From: SAR86 cluster bacterium | Lineage (GTDB): Bacteria; Pseudomonadota; Gammaproteobacteria; Magnimaribacterales; D2472 | Reading direction: 5' to 3' | Length of the DNA: 64,000 nt | NCBI GenBank assembly: GCA_023703655.1 | Contig: CP097973.1 | Span: forward strand, 4,701-68,700 | Shown: piece after piece, positions 1-11,175 of the stretch | Numbering within the stretch: the first letter of the stretch is position 1 | How the letters are laid out: each line of letters begins with the position of its first letter | Position numbers and translations under genes: made by a program | The notes under the pieces: generated by a model | Told to the model about the DNA's origin: nothing | The model's input: only the letters and a program-made list of their open reading frames with translations | Databases searched by the model: none

Positions 1-1479
<1,479 letters not shown>

Positions 1480-1487
1480 TTGTTATT

Positions 1488-2834
1488 TTAAAATGACATA
1501 TGTTTACTTATTGATTCTACCTTTATAGTATTTTGTTTCATTGTATCTCTATCTCTTATAGTAACAGTACCCTCTGCGAGAGAATCAAAATCTATAGTAA
1601 TACAGTATGGTGTCCCTATCTCATCATGTTTTCTATAACTCTTACCAATATTACCTGTATTCTCAAGAACAATTCTTTGATCAATATCTTTTTGAAGTTT
1701 GTTTTTAAGTTCTGTTGCCATTTTCACTAACCCCATGTCATTTTTTTTCAATGGAATAACTGCAGCTTTTATTGGGGCTAGATGTGGTTTTAATTTAAGA
1801 ACTATTCTGTTTTTACCATTCTCTAAACTTTCTTCAGTATACGCTTCGTTAAGAATAGCTAAAAATGCTCTTTCAATTCCAGCTGACGGCTCAATTACAT
1901 AAGGTACAAACCATTCGCCATTTTCATCTTGAATACCAAGCTTTGATTTAGAATCTGGATTATGTTTAATTTTCGCATTTATTTTAAGCGTCTCTTGATT
2001 TTGTGAATGCGATCCGAGATCAAAATCAGTTCTATTAGCAATTCCTTCAAGTTCTTCTTTGCCATGTGGAAATTCATACATTAAGTCATATGTTTTTTTT
2101 GAATAATGGGAAAGTTCGTCTGATGGCACATCATATATTTCTAACTTATCTTTACAAACTCCTTGCATGTCCCACCATTTTAATCTCTGTTCTAGCCATT
2201 CCTCTAATGCTTTGTCAGCATCATTTGGTTTAACAAAATATTCAAGTTCCATTTGTTCAAATTCTCTTACTCTAAATATAAAATTTCTTGGAGTAATTTC
2301 ATTCCGAAATGCTTTACCAATTTGTGCTATACCAAATGGAAGACTTGGTGAGGAAGAATCCATAATGTTTTTGAAATTAGTAAAGATTTGTTGTGCTGTC
2401 TCAGGTCGTAAGTAAGCAAAATTATTACTATCTGCCACAGGACCAATATTAGTTTTGAACATTAGGTTAAAATCTCTAGGCTCAGTTAATGATGTAGAAC
2501 CGCATAGTGGGCACTTACTATCATTTATAAAATCAGCTCTGTGACGCGCCTTACAATCCTTACAGTCTACTAATGGATCTGTAAATGTTTCTTCGTGTCC
2601 TGAGTAATTTAATACTAATGGATGGGTAAGAATAGATGCATCTAATCCAAATATATTCTCATTCTTATATACAATGTCGCTCCACCAAGATTCACGTATA
2701 TTTTTCTTGAGCTCAACACCCAATGGACCAAAATCATATACACCCTGAAGACCACCATATATGTTGTTTGATTGAAATATGAAACCCCTTCTTTTAGATA
2801 GAGATACGAGGCTGTCCATTGATTGTGCTACCAT
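1488..2834 (-). CDS. glyQS: Glycine--tRNA ligase, single-chain alpha2 (GlyQS) type
   Basis: 448 aa. N-terminus SLSKRRGFIFQSNNIYGGLQGVYDFGPLGVELK; class II motif 2 FRNEITPRNFIFRVREFEQMELEYF; motif 3 PSAGIERAFLAIL; CxxC...CxxC insertion (CKDCK...CPLCG); C-terminal anticodon-binding domain. Confidence 0.9.
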   Translation of the reverse strand: MVAQSMDSLVSLSKRRGFIFQSNNIYGGLQGVYDFGPLGVELKKNIRESWWSDIVYKNENIFGLDASILTHPLVLNYSGHEETFTDPLVDCKDCKARHRADFINDSKCPLCGSTSLTEPRDFNLMFKTNIGPVADSNNFAYLRPETAQQIFTNFKNIMDSSSPSLPFGIAQIGKAFRNEITPRNFIFRVREFEQMELEYFVKPNDADKALEEWLEQRLKWWDMQGVCKDKLEIYDVPSDELSHYSKKTYDLMYEFPHGKEELEGIANRTDFDLGSHSQNQETLKINAKIKHNPDSKSKLGIQDENGEWFVPYVIEPSAGIERAFLAILNEAYTEESLENGKNRIVLKLKPHLAPIKAAVIPLKKNDMGLVKMATELKNKLQKDIDQRIVLENTGNIGKSYRKHDEIGTPYCITIDFDSLAEGTVTIRDRDTMKQNTIKVESISKHMSF

Positions 2835-2885
2835 TGATTTATCCTGATTTAAATTATATACCTTTATGAACTAACTGATTTTTTT

Positions 2886-3734
2886 ATGAGAACAATATTA
2901 TTATTTTTTACATTATTGGGTTTGAAAGCGGGCACAAGAGTGGTGGTCTTTTTATCTAAAATATTTATGCCAATCATAAAAAAAACAGATTTACATAAGG
3001 TAACAATTAGCAATATAAAAATCGCCTTTTCAGAAAGAAATCATTCCTTTCAGTCAAATTTAGCCAATGAAAGTATATGCAATAGCTTAGCCTCTTTTTA
3101 TGAAACATTATATGTATGGTCCAGAGGGCCTGAAACTTCTGAACAACATATTAAGAAAATAAAGAATAGATATTTATTTGATTTTAACCGACAACAACCC
3201 CAATTACTTTTTTCTTTTCATAATAGAAGTATCGATTTTTTATTATCTTGGATAATTACTAAAAAACCCTGTTTTACAATGTATACAAAATTTAAGAATA
3301 GGTTCATTAACGACTATGTAGTTAAATTTAGGTCTTTTAACCATTCTTCTCCTGTTGAAGCAAACTTGAGCGGTGTTAAGCAAATGTTAATTCATTTAAA
3401 AGAAAATGGTACTGTAAATATAGCTGCGGATCAGGTACCAAAAGACGGACTGGGCCAATACTCAACTTTTTTTGGTCAAAAATGCTATTCAACTAATATT
3501 GTTTCAACATTATCAAAAAGAATAAATATTAACCCAACACTTATTTTTTTATCAAAAGGAGAGGTTGGATATGAGATTGTATTTAAATCTACCAGTTCTG
3601 ATATTTTAGGCGTTGATGGAGCAAACATTATGCATCAGATATTTGAGCATGAAATATTAAATAAGCCTGAGGAATATGCTTGGGAATACAAAAAATATAG
3701 AAAAGTCAAAGAAAACAGTAATATTTACAAATAA
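2886..3734 (+). CDS. Lipid A biosynthesis (Kdo)2-lipid IVA acyltransferase, HtrB/LpxL/LpxM family
   Basis: N-terminal TM segment; HX4D box FHNRSID; family-typical C-terminal PEEYAWEYKKYR (compare E. coli QYLWxHRRFK). Start codon uncertain. Confidence 0.7.
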   Translation: MRTILLFFTLLGLKAGTRVVVFLSKIFMPIIKKTDLHKVTISNIKIAFSERNHSFQSNLANESICNSLASFYETLYVWSRGPETSEQHIKKIKNRYLFDFNRQQPQLLFSFHNRSIDFLLSWIITKKPCFTMYTKFKNRFINDYVVKFRSFNHSSPVEANLSGVKQMLIHLKENGTVNIAADQVPKDGLGQYSTFFGQKCYSTNIVSTLSKRININPTLIFLSKGEVGYEIVFKSTSSDILGVDGANIMHQIFEHEILNKPEEYAWEYKKYRKVKENSNIYK

Positions 3735-5171
3735 TTACCTTCTCCAAAATGCCGGAGTTAAAACCACCAATAAAGTAAATATTTCTAATCTACCTAAAAT
3801 CATTGCAAAACATAATGTTATCTTGGTCATCATACTCAAGGATCCGTAATTTTCTGAGACTGCACCAAGACCAGGCCCAAGATTATTAAGGGTTGCGCCT
3901 ACTGCTGAAAAAGCACTCTCAAAATCTAATCCAGAAGAAAGGACTAACATCAACAGCATAATAAATGTAATTACATATACTGTAAAAAAGCCCCAAACTT
4001 TTTCAGAAATTGATGCATCGATTACTTTTTTACCTATTTTGGTTGTTACAACTGCTGATGGATGAATTATCTTTGTTATCTCTTTTTTGGCTTGATTAAT
4101 AATTATCAATACTCTCCATGCCTTTAGGCCTCCACCAACAGAGCCAGAACAAGCCCCAATAAATGCTCCTACTAAAAGTAAAAATGGAACAAATCCAGGC
4201 ATCAATGAATACTCTCCTGTCACAAAACCAGATGTGGTTACTATTGATATGGTTTGGAAAATAATATACCTAAGGCTAGATAAATCGAGATTATTAATGA
4301 TCAAATAATAGAACGAGATTATGATAATAATTCCTAAGATTACTAGAAAGAAAAACCTTAACTCTGGATCATAAAAATGTTTTAAACGCTTGCCATGAAA
4401 TATCGAATAATAATGCAACGAAAAGGATGTAGCAGATAGCAGCATAAACATAATACAAACTATTTCAATGTAGACGTTATTAAAAAATCCAATACTTTGA
4501 TCATAAGTAGAAAAACCCCCAATAGAGACCGTCGACAATGCATGAGATACAGCATCAAAAGTATCCATACCAGCAAGCACATATGAAATTAAACATAGCA
4601 CGGTTAATCCGATATATATTTTCCATAGTGCAGCTGCAGATTCTCTAATGGTGGGCGTCAGCTTTTCAGAAGAATCAAATCCTGGTGCATCCATTTTAAA
4701 TAACTGGCTGCCGCCAATACCGAAGCTTGGCATAATAGCAACAACAAGTATGATCAATCCCATACCTCCAATCCATTGAAGCAATTGTCTATAAATAAGT
4801 AGTGATTTTGGCAGATCTTCAAGAGCTGTTAATACTGTTGCTCCAGTTGTTGTGACCCCTGATATTGATTCAAATACAGAATCCACGATGGTTATACCGC
4901 TCAAAACAAATGGAATAGATCCAATCATGCCAAGAACAAACCAAAATAATATAGTTATAACGAACCCCTCAGTGATCCTAATTTCTTTAAGCGAGCCTCT
5001 AGAGAGCAACCAAAGGAATAAACCAAAAGCAAATACAATTATGAAAACAAATATATATATTTGATGGTTATCTTCACTATAAATAACGCCGATTATGAAC
5101 GGCACAAGCATTACAAAACTAAATGCTATTAATAGAACTCCAAAAAGATTAATTATTGGCTTAATATTCAA
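3735..5171 (-). CDS. trkH: Trk-type K+ uptake permease TrkH
   Basis: 478-aa polytopic membrane protein with repeated pore-loop-like glycine motifs (SGVTTTGATV, LQWIGGMG, VSIGGFST, TTSGFVTG, GSVGGGLK). Overlaps trkA by 4 nt. Confidence 0.85.
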   Translation of the reverse strand: MNIKPIINLFGVLLIAFSFVMLVPFIIGVIYSEDNHQIYIFVFIIVFAFGLFLWLLSRGSLKEIRITEGFVITILFWFVLGMIGSIPFVLSGITIVDSVFESISGVTTTGATVLTALEDLPKSLLIYRQLLQWIGGMGLIILVVAIMPSFGIGGSQLFKMDAPGFDSSEKLTPTIRESAAALWKIYIGLTVLCLISYVLAGMDTFDAVSHALSTVSIGGFSTYDQSIGFFNNVYIEIVCIMFMLLSATSFSLHYYSIFHGKRLKHFYDPELRFFFLVILGIIIIISFYYLIINNLDLSSLRYIIFQTISIVTTSGFVTGEYSLMPGFVPFLLLVGAFIGACSGSVGGGLKAWRVLIIINQAKKEITKIIHPSAVVTTKIGKKVIDASISEKVWGFFTVYVITFIMLLMLVLSSGLDFESAFSAVGATLNNLGPGLGAVSENYGSLSMMTKITLCFAMILGRLEIFTLLVVLTPAFWRR

Positions 5172-6532
5172 TTTATTTGATTGCTGAAGAGCGCTTCAAT
5201 TTGATCTTTGTCCGTTTTACCATTTATGAAAACTATTATGTGATCATCCATCTCAACATTGATATTCTTGCTAGGGGTAAAAATAGACCCATTTCTAACA
5301 ATTGCACCTAATACAGCATTTTCAGGAAGTGGCAAATCTCTGTAAGTTTTTCCAAACAAATCTTTTGTCTTATGGTTATTATGAATAACACCTTCGAGTG
5401 CTTCTGCCCCAGATGTCATATTTAGTAAAACTTCTTGAGGTAAGTCTGCTGACGATAAGTGTTGCATAACCAGAGATACAGTCATTCTTTGAGGCGAGAG
5501 AGCCAAATCTACAAAACTCTTTGGCAATATATTTATATAAGCATAGTTATTAAGGATTATGAGTGTTTTCCTTGCACCTAATTTTTTAGCAAGAAATGCA
5601 GACATTATGTTGGTTTCATCATCATCAGTAAGTGCACAAAAGACGTCTATATTCTCTATATTTTCACTACGCAGTAATTCTTCGTCTGATCCATCCCCAT
5701 TAAGCACAATGGCTTTATTAAGATCTTTTGAGAGCATCTCACATCTCTCAAGTGATGTCTCAAGCACTTTCACTTTATATTTATTTTCAAGAGATGAAGC
5801 CAAGGAAGAACCAATCATGCCACCACCAACTATCATGATTCTTGATGAATCAACAGTTTGATCTCTCATTTCTTTTAATATGGAATCAATATTTTTTTCA
5901 GCCGATAAGAAATAAACTTGATCATTTTCTTTAATAACAGTATTGCCGTCAGGAACAATAGCTTTATTTTTCCTATATATGGTTGGAACAAAAGTATCTA
6001 TATCTGGGATATCGTTTTTAATGCTTTTAAGCTCTCTATTCACAAGCTTCCCACCTCTTTTTGCTTTCACAGAAACCAGTTTCACTTTTCCATCTGCAAA
6101 TGTTTCGATTAGCTCTGCTCCAGGATGATCAATAAGCTCAATTATGTGGTCAGTTACTTCAAGCTCAGGACTTATTGGTATATCAATCATTTCCTTCCCA
6201 AACGCACTTAGATTTTTAATATATGAAGAATCTGATAATCGACATATTGTTTTCTTAACATCAAATATTTGTTTTGCTATTTGGCATGCAACAATGTTTA
6301 CCTCATCATCATTTGTTACAGATATCAAGATTGTGTCTGAGTCAATACCAGCTTTTTTTAGAACATCAGGATGTGATGCATGACCAGATACTATGGCTAA
6401 ATCATATTCGCTTTGCAATTTTTTTAGCTTAGAAACTGCTTTGTCAACAACACATATATCATAGGACTGAACCGACAAGTTCTTTGCTATATTGCTGCCA
6501 ACCTTTCCAGCTCCCAAAACGATAATTTTCAT
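5168..6532 (-). CDS. trkA: Trk system K+ uptake protein TrkA (two NAD-binding/RCK units)
   Basis: Two Rossmann signatures, MKIIVLGAGKVGSNIA and IMIVGGGMIGSSLA, each followed by a TrkA_C-like segment. Adjacent to trkH and fmt. Confidence 0.9.
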   Translation of the reverse strand: MKIIVLGAGKVGSNIAKNLSVQSYDICVVDKAVSKLKKLQSEYDLAIVSGHASHPDVLKKAGIDSDTILISVTNDDEVNIVACQIAKQIFDVKKTICRLSDSSYIKNLSAFGKEMIDIPISPELEVTDHIIELIDHPGAELIETFADGKVKLVSVKAKRGGKLVNRELKSIKNDIPDIDTFVPTIYRKNKAIVPDGNTVIKENDQVYFLSAEKNIDSILKEMRDQTVDSSRIMIVGGGMIGSSLASSLENKYKVKVLETSLERCEMLSKDLNKAIVLNGDGSDEELLRSENIENIDVFCALTDDDETNIMSAFLAKKLGARKTLIILNNYAYINILPKSFVDLALSPQRMTVSLVMQHLSSADLPQEVLLNMTSGAEALEGVIHNNHKTKDLFGKTYRDLPLPENAVLGAIVRNGSIFTPSKNINVEMDDHIIVFINGKTDKDQIEALFSNQIN

Positions 6533-6568
6533 TGTGCTAACTTATACCTCTTTTAAGATATTTAAAAG

Positions 6569-7516
6569 CTATTGGAAGAAATTTCTATAAGAATTATAAA
6601 TATCTTTAGGACCGATAATATTCTTATTTTCAAATTGTAAGTGAGTGATTACTATCGCTTTATCTCCTTGAAAACATATCAATCCATTTGTCGTAACGTG
6701 GAATACATCATTTAACTTTTCTTTTAGTAACTCTTTATTCTCAGATTTATCAAGATGCATTTTTATAATCTTGATTCTTTTTTCTTTAAATATGAAAAAG
6801 ATACCTGGCCAACCTATGAAGGCTTTAAATTTATTGAAGATTTCATCAAAAGGATCTTTTGTTAAATCAACCAATCCAGATTCTTTTTTTATTTTATGGC
6901 AATATGTTGCATCCTCTTGATTTTGACGAATGCCTTCAATTTCTTTGTAAAAGATTTGTTTCAATACCTTGGGTGTATTTTCAAGAGCAAGATTTAGGAG
7001 GTTACACTCAAGCTCTTGCCTATCCTGATTTCCAATACGGTGAGTAAATGACTTATAAATTGGACCCTGATCTAATCCTTCAGTAATTTGCATATAACTT
7101 AAGCCGGTAATTTCTTGATTTTCTAAAATTGCTGAATGTATCGGTGATGCACCTCTTAGCTTAGGAAGCAATGAAAAATGGATGTTCACAGCAGCTGAGT
7201 TTGGCATATCTAGCATCCATTTGGGCAACATCATGCCATATGCAGTTACTAATAAAATATCAAATTCAACTTCATCAAGTATCTTTTTTACTTCATGATC
7301 AACTCTTTCTGGATTGATGACCGATAAATTATTCTTTTTTGCTACTTTGGTCACCTCAGTATCCTCGATAAGGGCGCCTCTTTTTTTTCTTTTAGGTGGT
7401 TGAGATATTACTAACTTCAAATCAAAATCTTTGTTTAGTATAAGATTTTCTAAAATTTTTGCAGATACATGAGGTGAACCTGCAAAAACAATTTTGATTT
7501 TGCTACTTACTTCCAT
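6569..7516 (-). CDS. fmt: Methionyl-tRNA formyltransferase
   Basis: KIVFAGSPHVS N-terminus; formyltransferase core NIHFSLLPKLRGASPIHSAI; def-fmt operon arrangement. Confidence 0.9.
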   Translation of the reverse strand: MEVSSKIKIVFAGSPHVSAKILENLILNKDFDLKLVISQPPKRKKRGALIEDTEVTKVAKKNNLSVINPERVDHEVKKILDEVEFDILLVTAYGMMLPKWMLDMPNSAAVNIHFSLLPKLRGASPIHSAILENQEITGLSYMQITEGLDQGPIYKSFTHRIGNQDRQELECNLLNLALENTPKVLKQIFYKEIEGIRQNQEDATYCHKIKKESGLVDLTKDPFDEIFNKFKAFIGWPGIFFIFKEKRIKIIKMHLDKSENKELLKEKLNDVFHVTTNGLICFQGDKAIVITHLQFENKNIIGPKDIYNSYRNFFQ

Positions 7517-7575
7517 TATTTTCTTTTAAAAGTGTCTATCTTCTATTAAATTTCTTTATTTTATTGTAAGTTCGT

Positions 7576-8067
7576 TTATTTTCTAAGTTTTGACCTAATT
7601 CTTTCACGTTTAAGGGAAGATATGTAATCGACCATCAGTTTTCCTTCGAGGTGATCAATTTCATGTTGAATGCACACTGTTAGAATACCTTCTGGTTCTT
7701 CTTCATGAAACTTGCCATTAACATCTTGCCATTTTAAGAGAATCTTATCAGGTCTTGTGATTTCTTCATTATATCCCGGTATTGATAAGCAACCCTCTGA
7801 GAATGAAAATAGACTTTTGTTGTCTTTTATCTCAAATTCAGGATTAATAAATATCTTTGGATCTGTTCTATCATCTGACACATCTATAACTATTACCCTT
7901 TTATGAACATTTACTTGCGTCGCAGCTAAACCTATGCCATTACCTTGATACATTGTCTCAAGCATATCCTCAGTGAGTTTTTTTAAACTTTTGTCGAATT
8001 TTATAACTGGTGCTGCTACTTTCCTTAGTCTGGGATCTGGAAAAGTAAGAATATTTAAGACTGTCAT
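7576..8067 (-). CDS. def: Peptide deformylase
   Basis: All three PDF motifs are present: GIGLAATQV, EGCLS and QHEIDHLEG. Confidence 0.95.
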   Translation of the reverse strand: MTVLNILTFPDPRLRKVAAPVIKFDKSLKKLTEDMLETMYQGNGIGLAATQVNVHKRVIVIDVSDDRTDPKIFINPEFEIKDNKSLFSFSEGCLSIPGYNEEITRPDKILLKWQDVNGKFHEEEPEGILTVCIQHEIDHLEGKLMVDYISSLKRERIRSKLRK

Positions 8068-8136
8068 GTTTATTAAATATGTTCTTTATATATAATTTAA
8101 ACCTATAATATCAATATTGTTTAAAAGGTACTATAA

Positions 8137-8631
8137 ATGAATGATAGACAAATTAAAGTTGGAATTTTCATGGGTTCTAAATCTGACCTCCCAATTGTTA
8201 ACGAAGCAGCAAAAATTCTTGATTACTTTGGTATCTCAAATGAAATTAATATTCTGTCTGCTCACAGATCCCCTCATGCAGTTGTTAAAACGTTAGAAAA
8301 GCTTGAGAAACAAGGTGCGAAATTATTTATAGCCTCAGCAGGTATGGCTGCACATTTGGCTGGAGTAATTGCAGCTCATACTCATAAACCGGTCTTGGGC
8401 ATTCCGCTAGGTGGAGGTGATTTAAATGGCATTGATTCACTTTTATCGACAGTTCAAATGCCGAAAGGTATTCCTGTAGCTACTTTTGCTATTGGAAAAT
8501 CAGGTGCAATTAATGCAGCTCTTTTTGCTGTACAGATACTCTCACAAAATGATGAAACTTTATCAAAACAATTTGATGAGTATAGAACTGAGCAAACTGC
8601 AGAAGTAATAAAAATTAACGAAGAAAACTAA
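8137..8631 (+). CDS. purE: N5-carboxyaminoimidazole ribonucleotide mutase
   Basis: GSKSDLPIV, SAHRSPH and AGMAAHLAGVIAA motifs; 164 aa. No purK follows. Confidence 0.9.
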   Translation: MNDRQIKVGIFMGSKSDLPIVNEAAKILDYFGISNEINILSAHRSPHAVVKTLEKLEKQGAKLFIASAGMAAHLAGVIAAHTHKPVLGIPLGGGDLNGIDSLLSTVQMPKGIPVATFAIGKSGAINAALFAVQILSQNDETLSKQFDEYRTEQTAEVIKINEEN

Positions 8632-8633
8632 GC

Positions 8634-9185
8634 TTGAAAGAGTTTAATTGTCCAGAGCTAGCCTCTAAATGGTTAAAGGCTGGAAAGATTCTTTTGCATC
8701 CAACCGAGGGATTATGGGGGATTGGTTGCATAGTTGACAGCACAGCCATAAATCTATTGTCAAATCTAAAGAGAAGAAATAATAAAAAAGGGTATATTAT
8801 TCTAGTTCCAAATCTTGAGGATGTAAGAAGATTATTTGAACTTAAACCAAAATATTTTCCAACATTGCACAATATCTGGCCAGGACCGGTTACTGTAATT
8901 ATGAAAACAAAGAACAATGCATTGTCTCTTGTAAGTGATGATAACAATAATGTTGCAGTGAGAGTAAGTGATCACTATCATCTAAAAAATCTACTTACTT
9001 TTTTAGGACAACCAATGATTTCGACCTCTGCAAATATTTCGGGTGAACAAAATATTTTTGATCTTGATGATATAAGGAATACCTTTAATGATCCAAATGT
9101 TGCATTATTTAATAAACCACTTGGAAAAACGAAAAAAGCATCAACAATAATTGATATTGAATCAATGCAAATTATCAGAAAATAA
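8634..9185 (+). CDS. tsaC: L-threonylcarbamoyladenylate synthase (YrdC/TsaC type)
   Basis: TTG start 2 nt after the purE stop. YrdC-domain motifs HPTEGLWGIGC and STSANISGE. Single-domain size (183 aa). tsaC-hemF-aroE neighbourhood. Confidence 0.8.
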   Translation: MKEFNCPELASKWLKAGKILLHPTEGLWGIGCIVDSTAINLLSNLKRRNNKKGYIILVPNLEDVRRLFELKPKYFPTLHNIWPGPVTVIMKTKNNALSLVSDDNNNVAVRVSDHYHLKNLLTFLGQPMISTSANISGEQNIFDLDDIRNTFNDPNVALFNKPLGKTKKASTIIDIESMQIIRK

Positions 9186-10108
9186 TGGCTACATATAAAA
9201 CAAAAATAATTGACAAAATTAGTAGGTTTTTTATTGATGGCCAGCAAAATATTATTCAATCCTTTATGACTCTTGACACTAACGCGATTGCACACGAAGA
9301 GAATTGGAAGAAAAGAAAATTTTTTTATGGCAAATCTATTTGTCTTTCAGGATCACATCATGAAAAAAGTGTTGCAAACTTTTCTGTTGTTTCAGGAAAT
9401 AAATTACCTAGTGCATCACTAAATAACATCAAATTAGTTGAGGGAGATGAATTTATTGCTTCAGGTTTATCTGTAATCGCTCATCCAAACAATCCCAACA
9501 TTCCAACAAGCCACATGAACGGTAGAATCTTTGTTCTGTTAAGAGAAAGGAAGATACATGATTGGTGGATTGGCGGCGGCTATGATTTAACTCCGTATCT
9601 TTTCAATCGAAGTGACGCTATCTTGTGGCATAAAAATTCAAAGGAATTTTTGGATAATTATAATCAAAAGCTATATAAGAAGTTTTCAAAAAATTGTGAT
9701 GAATACTTTTATTTGTCACATAGAAATGAAAGAAGGGGGGTTGGAGGGATTTTCTTTGACAATTTCAAGTTTAATGACATGGATTCGTCTTTGTTATTTC
9801 TTAAGAATATGTTTTTGATTTATCAAGATACCTACAATACTATTTTTAATAAGAGGATGAATCGTCCATTTTCAAACTTACAAAGAGATTTTCAACTTTA
9901 CAGGCGTGGAAGATATGTTGAATTTAACCTTTTACACGATAGGGGAACAAAGTTTGGCATTCAATCAAATGGTAGAACTGAATCAATCCTAGGCTCATTG
10001 CCGCCTTTAGTTACTTGGCCTAACAAAAAACCAAAAACTATTATTAATATGGAACAAAAGCTTATTCAACAAACATCAAAGAATTGGAGCAAAGAAATTG
10101 ATACATAA
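9185..10108 (+). CDS. hemF: Oxygen-dependent coproporphyrinogen III oxidase
   Basis: GGGYDLTPY, RGVGGIFFD and RRGRYVEFNLLHDRGTKFG. The start shares one base with the tsaC stop (TAATG). Confidence 0.9.
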   Translation: MATYKTKIIDKISRFFIDGQQNIIQSFMTLDTNAIAHEENWKKRKFFYGKSICLSGSHHEKSVANFSVVSGNKLPSASLNNIKLVEGDEFIASGLSVIAHPNNPNIPTSHMNGRIFVLLRERKIHDWWIGGGYDLTPYLFNRSDAILWHKNSKEFLDNYNQKLYKKFSKNCDEYFYLSHRNERRGVGGIFFDNFKFNDMDSSLLFLKNMFLIYQDTYNTIFNKRMNRPFSNLQRDFQLYRRGRYVEFNLLHDRGTKFGIQSNGRTESILGSLPPLVTWPNKKPKTIINMEQKLIQQTSKNWSKEIDT

Positions 10109-10922
10109 GCTTGGTGTTGTGGGGCATCCTGTTAAACACTCATTGTCTCCAAAGATTCATCGAGCATTTGCTAGACAAGCTGGATTAGAGATTATTTATG
10201 ATAAATATGATATTGAGGACGCGGAGTTGGGACTTTTTATAAAAGAGTTTTTTGCAAATGGTGGTAAGGGATTAAATATTACAATTCCACATAAACTTAA
10301 TTGCATCAAATATGTTGATACAGCTGCAACCGCAGTCAAAAGAATTATGTCAGCCAATACACTAATCACTATGGAAGGCGGTATATTCGCAGAATCAACT
10401 GATGGACCTGGTTTTTTAAAAGATCTATATGTAAAAGAAATTGATATCAACAAAAAAAATATCCTTATACTTGGAGCAGGCGGAGCTGCTAAGAGTATTA
10501 TTTCTTCTATTTGTTTGGGCAAAAAACCAGACTCAATTTTTATATCAAACAGAACTCAATCAAAAGTTAATGAATTAATTAAACTTCTTGGAACAGACGA
10601 ATATATTACTCCAATAGATTTTTCAGAATATGAAATGCATAAAGATCAAGTAAGAGCAATGGATATTGTTATCAATGCTACTTCAAAAGGCATTGATGGA
10701 AAATTTTCTTGGGAAGATGATATCCCGGTGCATGAAGAAACGATATTCTATGATCTGAGTTATAGCAAAGACCAAACTTCATTTTTAGAGTGGGCGTCCA
10801 AATTTTCAAACAATGGGTTTGATGGAAAAGGTATGTTGGTGCAGCAAGCTGCTTTAAGCTTCAAGCTTTGGTTTGATTTTTCACCCAGTACAGAAGAAGT
10901 TGAGGAATTATTAAATGAATAA
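10098..10922 (+). CDS. aroE: Shikimate dehydrogenase
   Basis: TTG start; GHPVKHSLSPKIH, LNITIPHK and NADP-binding ILGAGGAAKS. Confidence 0.85.
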   Translation: MIHKLGVVGHPVKHSLSPKIHRAFARQAGLEIIYDKYDIEDAELGLFIKEFFANGGKGLNITIPHKLNCIKYVDTAATAVKRIMSANTLITMEGGIFAESTDGPGFLKDLYVKEIDINKKNILILGAGGAAKSIISSICLGKKPDSIFISNRTQSKVNELIKLLGTDEYITPIDFSEYEMHKDQVRAMDIVINATSKGIDGKFSWEDDIPVHEETIFYDLSYSKDQTSFLEWASKFSNNGFDGKGMLVQQAALSFKLWFDFSPSTEEVEELLNE

Positions 10923-11070
10923 AGACAAAAGATTGAGATTTGTGTCCGGTGCGATTTGTCCAAAGTGCAAAAAAATAGACAAGATCGCTCTTACTAAAGA
11001 TGATAAGAAAATCTTTTGCGTAAGCTGTGATTTTGAGGAATCTAGATCTGAAATTAAGCACAAAGATTAG
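10915..11070 (+). CDS. YheV-like zinc-ribbon protein (51 aa; not in the ORF track)
   Basis: Hand translation gives MNKDKRLRFVSGAICPKCKKIDKIALTKDDKKIFCVSCDFEESRSEIKHKD. The two CxxC pairs and the RF(V/I)xGAxCPxC start resemble E. coli YheV. The ATG overlaps the aroE stop by 8 nt. Confidence 0.6.
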   Translation: MNKDKRLRFVSGAICPKCKKIDKIALTKDDKKIFCVSCDFEESRSEIKHKD

Positions 11071-11175
11071 CCCATTTTATTTGAATAAAACTTCTTCTTA
11101 GAGGCATTTTTTGTTAGAATTTACTATAATTTTTAGTTATAATTGCATATATAGATTTTTTATCTTCCAACAACA

